Shown here: piece after piece, positions 49,791 to 59,661 of the stretch
Position numbering within the stretch: position 1 is the first letter of the stretch
Layout: the number at the start of each line of letters is the position of its first letter
Origin: Pseudomonadales bacterium
GTDB taxonomy: Bacteria; Pseudomonadota; Gammaproteobacteria; Pseudomonadales; UBA7434
DNA: 64,000 nucleotides
NCBI GenBank assembly: GCA_965216795.1
Contig: OZ244196.1
Span: 2,650,368 to 2,714,367 of the forward strand
Direction: 5' to 3'
The notes under the pieces: generated by a model
Seen by the model: the letters and a program-made list of their open reading frames with translations, nothing else
The model's database searches: none
What the model was told of the DNA's origin: nothing
Program-made: the position numbers and the translations under genes

Positions 49791-50504
49791 ATGCCTGCCA
49801 CTAACGTGCCTGCGTCCATTACGGTTGTTAGACAGGCGAGCCCGATTTTCTTGAGCGCCCAGCTGCTGCGCAGGGACTTCCTGGCGATTTTGCTGCTTGT
49901 GAATGTCTCGATGGCGCAGGCGTATGTTGAAGCGCCGCGCGTGATGTCTGCCCAATTGACAACGTATCAGTCCAGTATCAGTTATCTGATACACAATGAT
50001 TCGGATTGGCTTCTGGACCAGCTCGGTATGCAGTTTGCTGGCGTCCTGCCACTGGGCACCTATGCACTCGATTTATCTTATGATTGGGATTCGTTGCGCG
50101 ATATCTATGATGATGATCCCACATTCGATGAGATCATGGGCCCCCAGTGGGATCTTTTCGTCAGGTTTTGGTTCGATTCTCGTGATGATCCTCTCTATCC
50201 CGGTGAGTCTTTCACCCTGACGATCGATTTCAATAGCGCATTGCTGGCTGCAGAATATGGTGTTACGGATATCAGGCAGCTGAACACTGCTTTCTACTCC
50301 GGAGTGCTGGGCGGTTCTAACGCAGAGCATGGCGTTGAAACCCCTGTCGAGTTGCTGGAGGTGCCGGTGTTCCCAGAGCGTATCGTCGTCCCTCTGCCGG
50401 GGTCTTTCGGATTGCTACTTGCCCCGATGTGTCTTTTGGTTTACCTGCGGCGCCCATGGAGTCGGGCGCACCGCTCACAGAGTCGGCTGCTCCAGCCGCA
50501 ATAA
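49791..50504 (+). CDS. Hypothetical exported protein with a VPLP-type (PEP-CTERM-like) anchor
   Basis: Start at ATG 49791 (GGAG RBS). C-terminus VVPLPGSFGLLLAPMCLLVYLRRPW. The stop codon lies inside the L arm of repeat D. Confidence 0.55.
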   Translation: MPATNVPASITVVRQASPIFLSAQLLRRDFLAILLLVNVSMAQAYVEAPRVMSAQLTTYQSSISYLIHNDSDWLLDQLGMQFAGVLPLGTYALDLSYDWDSLRDIYDDDPTFDEIMGPQWDLFVRFWFDSRDDPLYPGESFTLTIDFNSALLAAEYGVTDIRQLNTAFYSGVLGGSNAEHGVETPVELLEVPVFPERIVVPLPGSFGLLLAPMCLLVYLRRPWSRAHRSQSRLLQPQ

Positions 50505-50757
50505 CCCTATGAATAGCAAAGAGATTGGTGGGCCCACCAGGACTTGAACCTGGGACCTGCCGATTATGAGTCCAGCGAACAATAAGAACCCGTCTTCATA
50601 AGTCCAAGAAATGGGAGGGGTTATCCCGGAGCCCTCATTAGGGTTCACGCCGACCGAACCATATCCGAACCTGTCGCCTTGAAAAACGCTCGCCCGAGTG
50701 TCACTGGGCTATGGGCATCAAGGCTGGGGAGGGGAGGGTTGCCGAAACTGGACCGAA
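50489..50757 (-). repeat. attP-like repeat unit, copy D (L arm + exact tRNA 3' 47 nt at 50526-50572 + full R arm)
   Basis: The 47-nt core is identical to the tRNA gene 3' end, with no insertion. CCGAAM pairs at 50654/50665 and 50742/50753. Confidence 0.9.
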
Positions 50758-50793
50758 ATTCGAGAGGTATTCTGTGGATAGGGCCATGTTAGA

Positions 50794-51432
50794 TTATTTC
50801 TTTTCTGCAGAAAGTATGGATACAACCGTCTCAATCATTACAGAAATAAATGTGTCTCGATACCTTTTGTCGTTTTCAGGCGACTCTTGAATTAGTGCAC
50901 AGTAGTCGGCAAGGTTGGTGACTACCAAATTTCGAATGGTGCGATACCGAATAGTTTTTTCAGTCTCTGGTACCCCTTCTAAGCTGTTTGATAGCAGCGC
51001 ACTTAAATCTGATAAAGATGAGTAGGAGCGTTGGTCTTCAGATTCTACCGGATTCATCTGGTGCCCATCCATGAGCGCGAGTATCCGCAAGTAGGCTCTT
51101 CCATCATCTTTGTTGTCCAGTTCACCTATCAGCGGTAATAAAAGTACCTTGGCCGTTTCTTCCAGGCTAGGTGTTGGGCCGAAGACATTCAACAGTTTCT
51201 GCCGGCGTTGCTCTATACCTGATCTGTGCTTATCAAAAATGGCCTGTAAGAGGCCGGCCTTGTTCTCGAAGTGGTAATTGAGTGCGGACGCATTGCGCTG
51301 ACCAGAGGCTTTCACAATTTCATTCATTGACACGGCGTCAATGCCACGTGCAGCCATTAGCTTCATTGCGGTACGCAGAATTTTGGCCTTGGTCTGTCTG
51401 GCGGCTTCTTCCTTTTTGCAATTCATTGGCAT
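50794..51432 (-). CDS. TetR family transcriptional regulator (low-GC islet)
   Basis: 212 aa with a TetR HTH (KILRTAMKLMAARGIDAVSMNEIVKASGQRNASALNYHF). Confidence 0.8.
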   Translation of the reverse strand: MPMNCKKEEAARQTKAKILRTAMKLMAARGIDAVSMNEIVKASGQRNASALNYHFENKAGLLQAIFDKHRSGIEQRRQKLLNVFGPTPSLEETAKVLLLPLIGELDNKDDGRAYLRILALMDGHQMNPVESEDQRSYSSLSDLSALLSNSLEGVPETEKTIRYRTIRNLVVTNLADYCALIQESPENDKRYRDTFISVMIETVVSILSAEKK

Positions 51433-51468
51433 ACCAGGTCCGATTACATTAAATCCAGCTTTATTGAT

Positions 51469-51515
51469 AATGAAGTCTCATTATAATAACCTACCAAAAT
51501 TAATGAGATCTCATT
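51469..51515. promoter_or_regulatory. Two copies of a 14-bp palindrome (candidate TetR operators) in the divergent promoter
   Basis: aatgaagtctcatt (51469-51482) and the perfect palindrome aatgagatctcatt (51502-51515), 33 bp apart, between the TetR and MBL genes. Confidence 0.5.
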
Positions 51516-51632
51516 AGAATATTCATGGGTAGATGGTGGCGTAAGCCATTGAAATAATAAGGTTTATCGGTTTTGGGCCTGGGTTCATATCCTGAAGCCA
51601 CACAGTTGACGACATATATTGAGGCAATAGTT

Positions 51633-53015
51633 ATGCGGCAGTTAGTGCAATTCACAGCGGTAATTTTTGGTTCTCTGCTGGTAATCAATGCTATGGCTGG
51701 TTCGGGCGTCGATGTCCATTCCGAAGAGTACCAGAATGTGCGTGTTCCCAAGGACTTCAATGGCCGCGCTAGTGACATCATGCTCTATAAGCCGAAGTTG
51801 GAAAAGATTAGCGATGAAGTCTATGTCGCGTCTGGTACGGGTAATGCGTTTCTGGTGAAAACGCCGGAAGGGAATGTTATTTTTGATACAGGCGTCCCCT
51901 GGCAAGGGGAGGCGCTTAGGGAACTTCTGCTTTTCGTTGGTCATGAAAAAACGACACATATTATTGTTTCACATGCGCACGGTGATCATATGGGCGGGCT
52001 CACGGCCTGGCAGCAGGAGATCAATGATGGCGCTGAAATTATCGCGCATAGTCGTTATCCATATACCAACAAGATATACGGGGATACCGATGTTTATCTA
52101 TGGCAACAACGAACGGCATCTATTTACCCATCACCGGGGACGGGGGCTGCAGAAATGGTTCGACAGGCTAGGGCGATCGAGCCGACCCGTTTGGTTTATC
52201 CAGACCATGACTACAGCTTTACTGTTGGCGGTGTAGAGTTTGTTGTCATCGCTATGCAGGGAGGCGCAGAAGGTGAAGATAACCTGGTACTTTGGTTGCC
52301 GGAGCAGGAAGTTGCTTTTACTGGCGATTTGTTCGGCCCCCTGTATCCTATGGTGCCAAACTTGTACACAGTGCGGGGTGAAAAGCTGAGAGATCCGCTG
52401 GCCTACATTGACGCGCTTGATCGAATGATAGAGCTTGAGCCTAGTATCATGCTCCCGAGCCATTTCGGTGCTGTTAAAGGGAAAAACTATATCCACAAAT
52501 CGCTGACTGTGACTCGTGACGGGACAGAATATGTCTACAAAGAAACTGTTAAGGGGATGAACGAAGGTAAGAGTGTCTACGAGTTGATGGAATCTGTACG
52601 GCTTCCTGAATCACTTGAAATCAGCCAGGGACATGGAAAGACGTCCTGGAATGTTAGGGCAATTTGGGAATTGCTAGCGGGTTGGTTTTACTTTGATACC
52701 GTTGCTGACCTGTACTCTGTTCCTGTCAGTGCTGTTTACGCCGACATTGTTGAGCTTGTAGATGGCCCAGACAAGCTGATTGCTAGCGCTGAAAGATATG
52801 CTTCAGAAGGCGACAACCTTAAGGCAATCAGGCTATTGGATATAGCTCAGGGCGCCGGACAGGAAACTACGGATGCCATCAAATTACGTGTAAAACTTTA
52901 CTCTGCACTTATTGAGGAGTCTAAAGATACGCACAGCAATGTCAGTTTGGATGATATTCTCGAGGCGGCGTTGAGGTCATCAAATGCTGAATTGAAAAAA
53001 CGTGCTGACAAGTAA
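51633..53015 (+). CDS. Exported MBL-fold metallo-hydrolase, alkyl/aryl-sulfatase-like
   Basis: Start at ATG 51633 (GAGG RBS; signal MRQLVQFTAVIFGSLLVINAMA). HAHGDHMGG metallo-beta-lactamase motif. Helical C-terminal domain reminiscent of the alkyl-sulfatase dimerisation region. Confidence 0.65.
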   Translation: MRQLVQFTAVIFGSLLVINAMAGSGVDVHSEEYQNVRVPKDFNGRASDIMLYKPKLEKISDEVYVASGTGNAFLVKTPEGNVIFDTGVPWQGEALRELLLFVGHEKTTHIIVSHAHGDHMGGLTAWQQEINDGAEIIAHSRYPYTNKIYGDTDVYLWQQRTASIYPSPGTGAAEMVRQARAIEPTRLVYPDHDYSFTVGGVEFVVIAMQGGAEGEDNLVLWLPEQEVAFTGDLFGPLYPMVPNLYTVRGEKLRDPLAYIDALDRMIELEPSIMLPSHFGAVKGKNYIHKSLTVTRDGTEYVYKETVKGMNEGKSVYELMESVRLPESLEISQGHGKTSWNVRAIWELLAGWFYFDTVADLYSVPVSAVYADIVELVDGPDKLIASAERYASEGDNLKAIRLLDIAQGAGQETTDAIKLRVKLYSALIEESKDTHSNVSLDDILEAALRSSNAELKKRADK

Positions 53016-53177
53016 TTGTGGGTCTTTGATGCTTGTTGTCTACACTGCGGTTCGAGAATGCGCGTCAAAACGATGCCTATGGGCATAAGTCACGATAGCG
53101 TCGCAGCTATGGTGCCAGAATGCACACTCAAAAGTATGGTCCTTTTATTTCTATAACCTTAAGAAATCAAAGAAGAT

Positions 53178-53254
53178 TGGTGGGCCCACCAGGACTTGAA
53201 CCTGGGACCTGCCGATTATGAGTCGGATGCTCTAACCAACTGAGCTATGGGCCC
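53178..53254 (-). tRNA. tRNA with anticodon CAU (Met or, more likely, lysidine-type Ile2)
   Basis: 77-nt cloverleaf read by hand: GGGCCCA-TA-GCTC-AGTTGGTTA-GAGC-A-TCCGA-CTCATAA-TCGGC-AGGTC-CCAGG-TTCAAGT-CCTGG-TGGGCCC-ACCA. C4 and C5 in the acceptor stem match the remembered E. coli ileX. Confidence 0.9.
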
Positions 53255-53415
53255 TTGTTTACGCTGGTCTTTTGCCCGGCTGAGCTTCGTTGCTGCTCCT
53301 CTCTCGATCGGTCATGTACTCGATGTACACTCCCTCACTCGTTCGTCGCGCGCCTCGTCAGCCAGGCAAAATCCTGCGCCTAAACAGTTTCGAGGAACCT
53401 GCAGGGTTCTTCGAA

Positions 53416-53439
53416 GGCCGCGCAGTATAAGGCGCGGCC
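53416..53439 (-). terminator. Hairpin downstream of cysK
   Basis: ggccgcgc-agtataag-gcgcggcc, 19 nt after the cysK stop. Weak U-tract. Confidence 0.4.
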
Positions 53440-53457
53440 CGGTAAACGCCAAGGCGA

Positions 53458-54423
53458 TTATTGAACGGTTTCAGCCTCGGTAAATTTGCCTTCGAACAGC
53501 GGGGTGCTGAGGTAGCGCTCGGCCGAGTCGGGCAGTATCACAACGATCGTTTTGCCCTTGTGTTCGGGCTGGTTGGCGACCCTGTCGGCAATCGCCATGG
53601 CCGCGCCACTCGAAATGCCAGCCAGTATGCCTTCCTCGGTCATCAACTTGTGCGCCCACTCGATGGCATCTTCATTGGTGACCTGTTCCACCTGGTCGAC
53701 CATCTCAAGGTCGAGGTTCTTCGGCAATATGCCCGCGCCAATGCCCTGGATCTTGTGCGGGGCGTGCTCGGGCTCTTCACCCTTCATGCCGGCGGTAATC
53801 ATCGTTGAAGTAATCGGCTCAATCGCCACCGAGGTGATGGCCTTGCCTTTGGTGTTCTTGATGTAGCGCGAAATACCGGTCAGCGTGCCGCCAGTGCCGA
53901 CGCCGCTAACCAGCACGTCGATCTCGCCGTTGGTATCTTCCCAGATCTCGGGGCCGGTGGTCTGCTCGTGAATCGCCGGGTTGGCGGGGTTGTCGAACTG
54001 GCTGGGCATCCAGCGCGAGGCCGGGTCTTCGGCCACTAGTTCTTCGGCTTTGGCGATCGCCGCTTTTACGCCCTGCGCGGCTGGCGTTAACACCAGGTTG
54101 GCGCCAAAGGCTTTCATGATCTGCCGGCGCTCAAGGCTCATGCTGTCGGGCATGGTCAGCGTGACCTTGTAGCCCTTGGATGCACCGACGAAGGCCAGCG
54201 CAATGCCGGTGTTGCCACTGGTCGGCTCGATAATTTCCATGCCGGGCTTGAGCTTGCCCGACTTTTCAGCATCCCAGATCATGCTCGCGCCAATGCGGCA
54301 CTTCACGCAGTTGGCGGGGTTGCGGCTTTCGAGTTTGGCCCAGATGTTGCCGCCGCTAATGCGGTTAATCTTGACCAGCGGCGTGTTGCCGATCGACAGG
54401 CTGTTATCGTCAAAGGCGCTCAT
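53458..54423 (-). CDS. cysK: Cysteine synthase A (O-acetylserine sulfhydrylase)
   Basis: 321 aa. IGNTPLV, PLP-lysine region ([16 protein letters not shown]), [15 protein letters not shown] loop. Confidence 0.85.
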   Translation of the reverse strand: MSAFDDNSLSIGNTPLVKINRISGGNIWAKLESRNPANCVKCRIGASMIWDAEKSGKLKPGMEIIEPTSGNTGIALAFVGASKGYKVTLTMPDSMSLERRQIMKAFGANLVLTPAAQGVKAAIAKAEELVAEDPASRWMPSQFDNPANPAIHEQTTGPEIWEDTNGEIDVLVSGVGTGGTLTGISRYIKNTKGKAITSVAIEPITSTMITAGMKGEEPEHAPHKIQGIGAGILPKNLDLEMVDQVEQVTNEDAIEWAHKLMTEEGILAGISSGAAMAIADRVANQPEHKGKTIVVILPDSAERYLSTPLFEGKFTEAETVQ

Positions 54424-54492
54424 TGTGACTCTCCCGTGGGCCCACGGCTGTGCGGGCTGTTAGGTGGGGCGGTTTCCAGCGGCTAACTTAGC

Positions 54493-54523
54493 CAAAAAAA
54501 ACGGGCCGGTAAACCGGCCCGTT
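54493..54523 (-). terminator. Rho-independent terminator of rpoD
   Basis: On the minus strand: AACGGGCCGG-TTTA-CCGGCCCGTT followed by TTTTTTTT, about 50 nt after the rpoD stop. Confidence 0.75.
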
Positions 54524-54570
54524 GAAATTATCGTTAATGTCGTGTGCAGCGCACAATAAATGGCCTGCCG

Positions 54571-56382
<1,812 letters not shown>

Positions 56383-56624
56383 GAAGCGAGTTCCTGGTAG
56401 TCGTCGATACTGCGGGTTGGTGGCTTGCCGCCACGCGCGACTTGCTGCCAGCCTGTCCGGTAGCGGGCCGGGCGGCTTGTGACAAAAGCGCAAATTAGCC
56501 AGCCATTATAACTCAACATGGCAATTTATGGCCGATTTGCAAGGGCTGCCGCTATAAAAAAGTTAGTGCAAATATTGACCAAATTCGAGCCGGCAGTGCC
56601 GCGATGTGCGCTAGCCCCGGCCCG

Positions 56625-58502
56625 CTAGGGTTTATTGCGCGCTGTTCGACGTTCTTTGACCGCAGTCATGGCCTTGAGTTGCTCGCGTTCGGCCGGGTCG
56701 AGCTCGCTGAGCGGGCGGCCCTGCAGGCGTTCGAGCAGTGAGTCGAGCTGCTGCTGCTCGAGGTTGTGTTCAATATGGTGCAGGGTTTCCTGGAGTTCCT
56801 GGCGGGCCAGCGCCAGGTCATCGGGCGGGCTGTGCCGGCTGGCACAGTGATTGAGGATGCGGCCCTGCTCGGTACCGTACCAGTGGCCGAGCAGCGCCGG
56901 GGTCAGCACCTGGTGGGGCTGGGCGTCGATGAAGGCGACCAGTTCGCGCAGCAGGCTGGCCTCGGGGTCGTCTTCGCCGGCCAGGGCCTCGGGTAGCACC
57001 AGTGACTGGGCAAGCTCCGGGTAGTGCAGCACGATGGCGATCGCCCAGACGATCGGGGTTTTCTCGATACCGGCGCTCGCAGGCTCCAGCGCCGGGTTAG
57101 CGGCTGCCGCCGGCGCAGGGCTGTCGCGCTCCGGGGCGGCGTGCTCGCGCGATTCGGGGCGGGGCTCGGGCGCTGAAGCCTTGAGTGTGCCAACATCGAC
57201 CCCGGTCAGCTCTCCCAGGCGCTGCAGCTGCAGCTGTTTGAACACCCCGTCGGGCAGGCGTTGCAGCTGGGGTAGCAGGCGCTGGCTGAAGCTGGCCTTG
57301 CCCGCGTCCGAATCCATCGCCAGGCCTTCGGTCGCCGATTCAAACAGCAGCTGCTCGAGCGGCATCGCGGCATCGACCGCGGCGGCAAAGCGATCCTTGC
57401 CGTGGTTGCGCACAAAGGTATCCGGGTCATCACCAGGGGGCAAAAATAGAAAACGCACTTCGCGCCCATCGCTGAGCACCGGCAGCGCTGTCTCGAGCAG
57501 GCGCAGTGCCGCCTTGTTGCCCGCATCGTCGCCGTCAAAACAGACCACCAGGCGGTTGCAGTGCCGAAAAATCTTTTCCAGGTGAAAGCGGCTGCTGGCC
57601 GTGCCCAGCGTGGCGACCGCGTTGGTCACGCCATGCTGTACCAGCGAGACGACATCCATATAACCCTCGACCAGCAGCAGGTGGTCGAGCTGGCGATTGC
57701 TGCGTCGGGCCTCGTAAAGGCCGTAGAGCTCGCGCTGTTTGTGGAACACCGGCGACTCGGGCGAGTTCAGGTACTTGGGCTTTTCATCGCCCAGCACGCG
57801 ACCGCCAAAGGCCACCACCCGACCGCGATTGTCGCGAATCGGGAACATGATGCGCTCGCGAAAGCGATCGTAGTGGCGGCGCTTGCTGTTGCCTCCATCA
57901 CCGCCTTCCTTCTCGATAATCATGCCGCTGGTTTCAAGCAGCGCCAGTAACTCATCGCGCGAGCAGTTCAGTGGCGGCTCTTCAAGCGCGGCGTTCAACA
58001 GGTTGTCCCAGCCAGGTGGTGCGTAACCCAGGCCAAAGTCGCGGGCGATCTCACCGCTGAGGCCGCGGCCCTTGAGGTAACTCACCGCGGTATCGCGCTG
58101 TGCGTGGCGGCGCAACTGGCCCTGGAAGAAGCGATTGGCCCACTCGAGCAGCGTAAACAGCTGCTGGCTTTTGGCCTGTTGCTGGCGGGGTTTTTCGCCG
58201 CTTTCGCGCGGCACTTCAAGCCCCAGCGAATTGGCCAGCGTCTCTACCGCCTGCGGAAAGTCGACATTGTCATAGTCCATGACAAAGCCGATGCTGTTGC
58301 CGCCGGCACCGCAGCCAAAGCAGTAAAAAAACTGTTTGTCGGGGTTAACGCTGAAAGAGGGCGTTTTTTCCTGATGAAAAGGGCAGCAGGCGGTGTAGTT
58401 GCGGCCGCTTTTCTTGAGCGTGACGCGGCGATCGATCACCTCGACGATATCGGTGCGCTCGAGCAGCTCGTCGATAAAGTCCTGGGGGATCAGCCCGGCC
58501 AT
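56625..58502 (-). CDS. dnaG: DNA primase
   Basis: 625 aa. Zinc-ribbon CPFHQEKTPSF...CFGCGAGG, Toprim domain (LVEGYMDV...DGDDAG). Confidence 0.95.
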   Translation of the reverse strand: MAGLIPQDFIDELLERTDIVEVIDRRVTLKKSGRNYTACCPFHQEKTPSFSVNPDKQFFYCFGCGAGGNSIGFVMDYDNVDFPQAVETLANSLGLEVPRESGEKPRQQQAKSQQLFTLLEWANRFFQGQLRRHAQRDTAVSYLKGRGLSGEIARDFGLGYAPPGWDNLLNAALEEPPLNCSRDELLALLETSGMIIEKEGGDGGNSKRRHYDRFRERIMFPIRDNRGRVVAFGGRVLGDEKPKYLNSPESPVFHKQRELYGLYEARRSNRQLDHLLLVEGYMDVVSLVQHGVTNAVATLGTASSRFHLEKIFRHCNRLVVCFDGDDAGNKAALRLLETALPVLSDGREVRFLFLPPGDDPDTFVRNHGKDRFAAAVDAAMPLEQLLFESATEGLAMDSDAGKASFSQRLLPQLQRLPDGVFKQLQLQRLGELTGVDVGTLKASAPEPRPESREHAAPERDSPAPAAAANPALEPASAGIEKTPIVWAIAIVLHYPELAQSLVLPEALAGEDDPEASLLRELVAFIDAQPHQVLTPALLGHWYGTEQGRILNHCASRHSPPDDLALARQELQETLHHIEHNLEQQQLDSLLERLQGRPLSELDPAEREQLKAMTAVKERRTARNKP

Positions 58503-58524
58503 GCCTGTGCCTGCGTTGCCGGGC

Positions 58525-58977
58525 CTAGCCCAGCTTGGCCTTGATGGCAGCGCTCACCGCACCCATGTCAGCACGGCCCTGCAGCTGTGGTTTGAGCACA
58601 GCCATCACCTTGCCCATGTCGCGCATGCTCTCGGCGCCTGTGCTGGTAATTGCCTCTGCGATTAACTGCTCAATCTCGGCAGCGTCGAGCTGGGCGGGCA
58701 TGAAGCCCTGGATGACCTCCATCTCACTGCGTTCCTGGGCGGCCAGTTCATCGCGGCCGGCCTTTTCAAACTGTTCGATGGAGTCGCGACGCTGCTTGAG
58801 CATTTTATCGAGCACCGCAAGGATGCGAGCGTCGTCCAGCTCGATGCGCTCATCGACCTCGATGCGCTTGATCTCGGCGAGCATCAGCCGAATCGTTGCC
58901 AGCCGCTCTTTTTCTTTTGCGCGCATGGCCGCTTTCATGGCGGTATCGATTTCAATCCGTTTTTCAGCTTTGCTCAC
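58525..58977 (-). CDS. yqeY: GatB/YqeY domain protein
   Basis: Start placed at the in-frame GTG 58977 (VSKAEKRIEIDTAMKAAMRAKEKERLATIRL...), giving 150 aa, typical of YqeY. The longer ORF would run into the hairpin element. Confidence 0.75.
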   Translation of the reverse strand: MSKAEKRIEIDTAMKAAMRAKEKERLATIRLMLAEIKRIEVDERIELDDARILAVLDKMLKQRRDSIEQFEKAGRDELAAQERSEMEVIQGFMPAQLDAAEIEQLIAEAITSTGAESMRDMGKVMAVLKPQLQGRADMGAVSAAIKAKLG

Positions 58978-59046
58978 AATAACGATCTCGATGCAGTTCG
59001 GCGGTATTTCCGCATTATATATGCCCCAAAAGCATTGCGGGGGCGA

Positions 59047-59155
59047 GTTCTGTGCTTGAGCTATCAGGTCGGGAACGTCGCCCGCACGGATGCGGGCGCC
59101 GAGCGTGCAGGACGCATTCAAAGCGATTCCCGACCTGATAGCTCAAGCACAGAAC
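59047..59155. repeat. Long-hairpin element 1 (29-bp perfect arms, 51-nt core)
   Basis: gttctgtgcttgagctatcaggtcgggaa ... ttcccgacctgatagctcaagcacagaac. The core contains the sub-hairpin cgcccgca-cgga-tgcgggcg. Confidence 0.85.
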
Positions 59156-59210
59156 GGCGGCTCACTATGTAAAGGCCTGTTGATCAGGCTGGGGGCGGAA
59201 TCCCGGCCGC

Positions 59211-59302
59211 GCAAAGCCCTTTGACGAGAACCGCTGTGAATGCATCCATGCACGCTCAACGCCCGCATCCCTGCGGTCGATGTTCTCGTCAAAGGGCTTT
59301 GC
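59211..59302. repeat. Long-hairpin element 2 (21-bp perfect arms, 50-nt core homologous to the reverse complement of core 1)
   Basis: gcaaagccctttgacgagaac ... gttctcgtcaaagggctttgc. Core cgctgtgaatgcatccatgcacgctcaacgcccgcatccctgcggtcgat aligns to the reverse complement of core 1. Confidence 0.85.
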
Positions 59303-59445
59303 ACAGCCGGAACTCCTTTGCTCTGCAAATTCGGGACGTAGCTATGTCTGGCGCCAAAACGCCGTAGGGAAATATCAGTGTTGGAAAGCGCTCGAACCAG
59401 GCCGGCTCGAGCGCTAAAAGTCGCTGGGGAGGGGAGAGCGTCGGC

Positions 59446-59661
59446 CTAGTAGAGGCGAACGCGTGAACGCATCTCGCGGCTGACTTTCTTCTGGTGACGC
59501 TTCACCGCAGCAGCGGCTTTGCGCTTGCGCACCGACGTGGGCTTCTCGTAGAACTCGCGGCGGCGGGCTTCGGCGATGACGCCGGCTTTTTCACAGGAGC
59601 GTTTGAAGCGACGCAGCGCGATATCAAACGGCTCGTTATCTTTGACTTTGACTTGCGGCAT
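59446..59661 (-). CDS. rpsU: 30S ribosomal protein S21
   Basis: 71 aa: [27 protein letters not shown]... Confidence 0.95.
   Translation of the reverse strand: MPQVKVKDNEPFDIALRRFKRSCEKAGVIAEARRREFYEKPTSVRKRKAAAAVKRHQKKVSREMRSRVRLY

Larger units (their letters stand above)
44153..53177 (-). mobile_element. Tandem array of four mini-islands downstream of tRNA(CAU), each bounded by tRNA 3'-half direct repeats; no recombinase gene present
   Basis: Five same-orientation copies of the tRNA 3' segment (44189, 46659, 49353, 50526 and the gene itself at 53178). Composition is heterogeneous: 50.8-53.1 kb and 46.7-47.0 kb are visibly AT-richer. Confidence 0.6.

Noticed and set aside
44153-50757. The idea that the repeats are group I intron-containing tRNA-Ile(CAU) genes, as in the Azoarcus-type intron.
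   Set aside because: The break in tRNA identity lies in the anticodon stem, 5' of an intact CTCATAA loop, not after CAU. No tRNA 5' half (GGGCCCA...GCTC) precedes any copy, and I could not see group I core elements.
59047-59302. The twin hairpin elements as a CRISPR remnant or a retron msr/msd.
   Set aside because: There are only two units with unrelated arms and no spacer-repeat periodicity. No cas or reverse-transcriptase gene is nearby.
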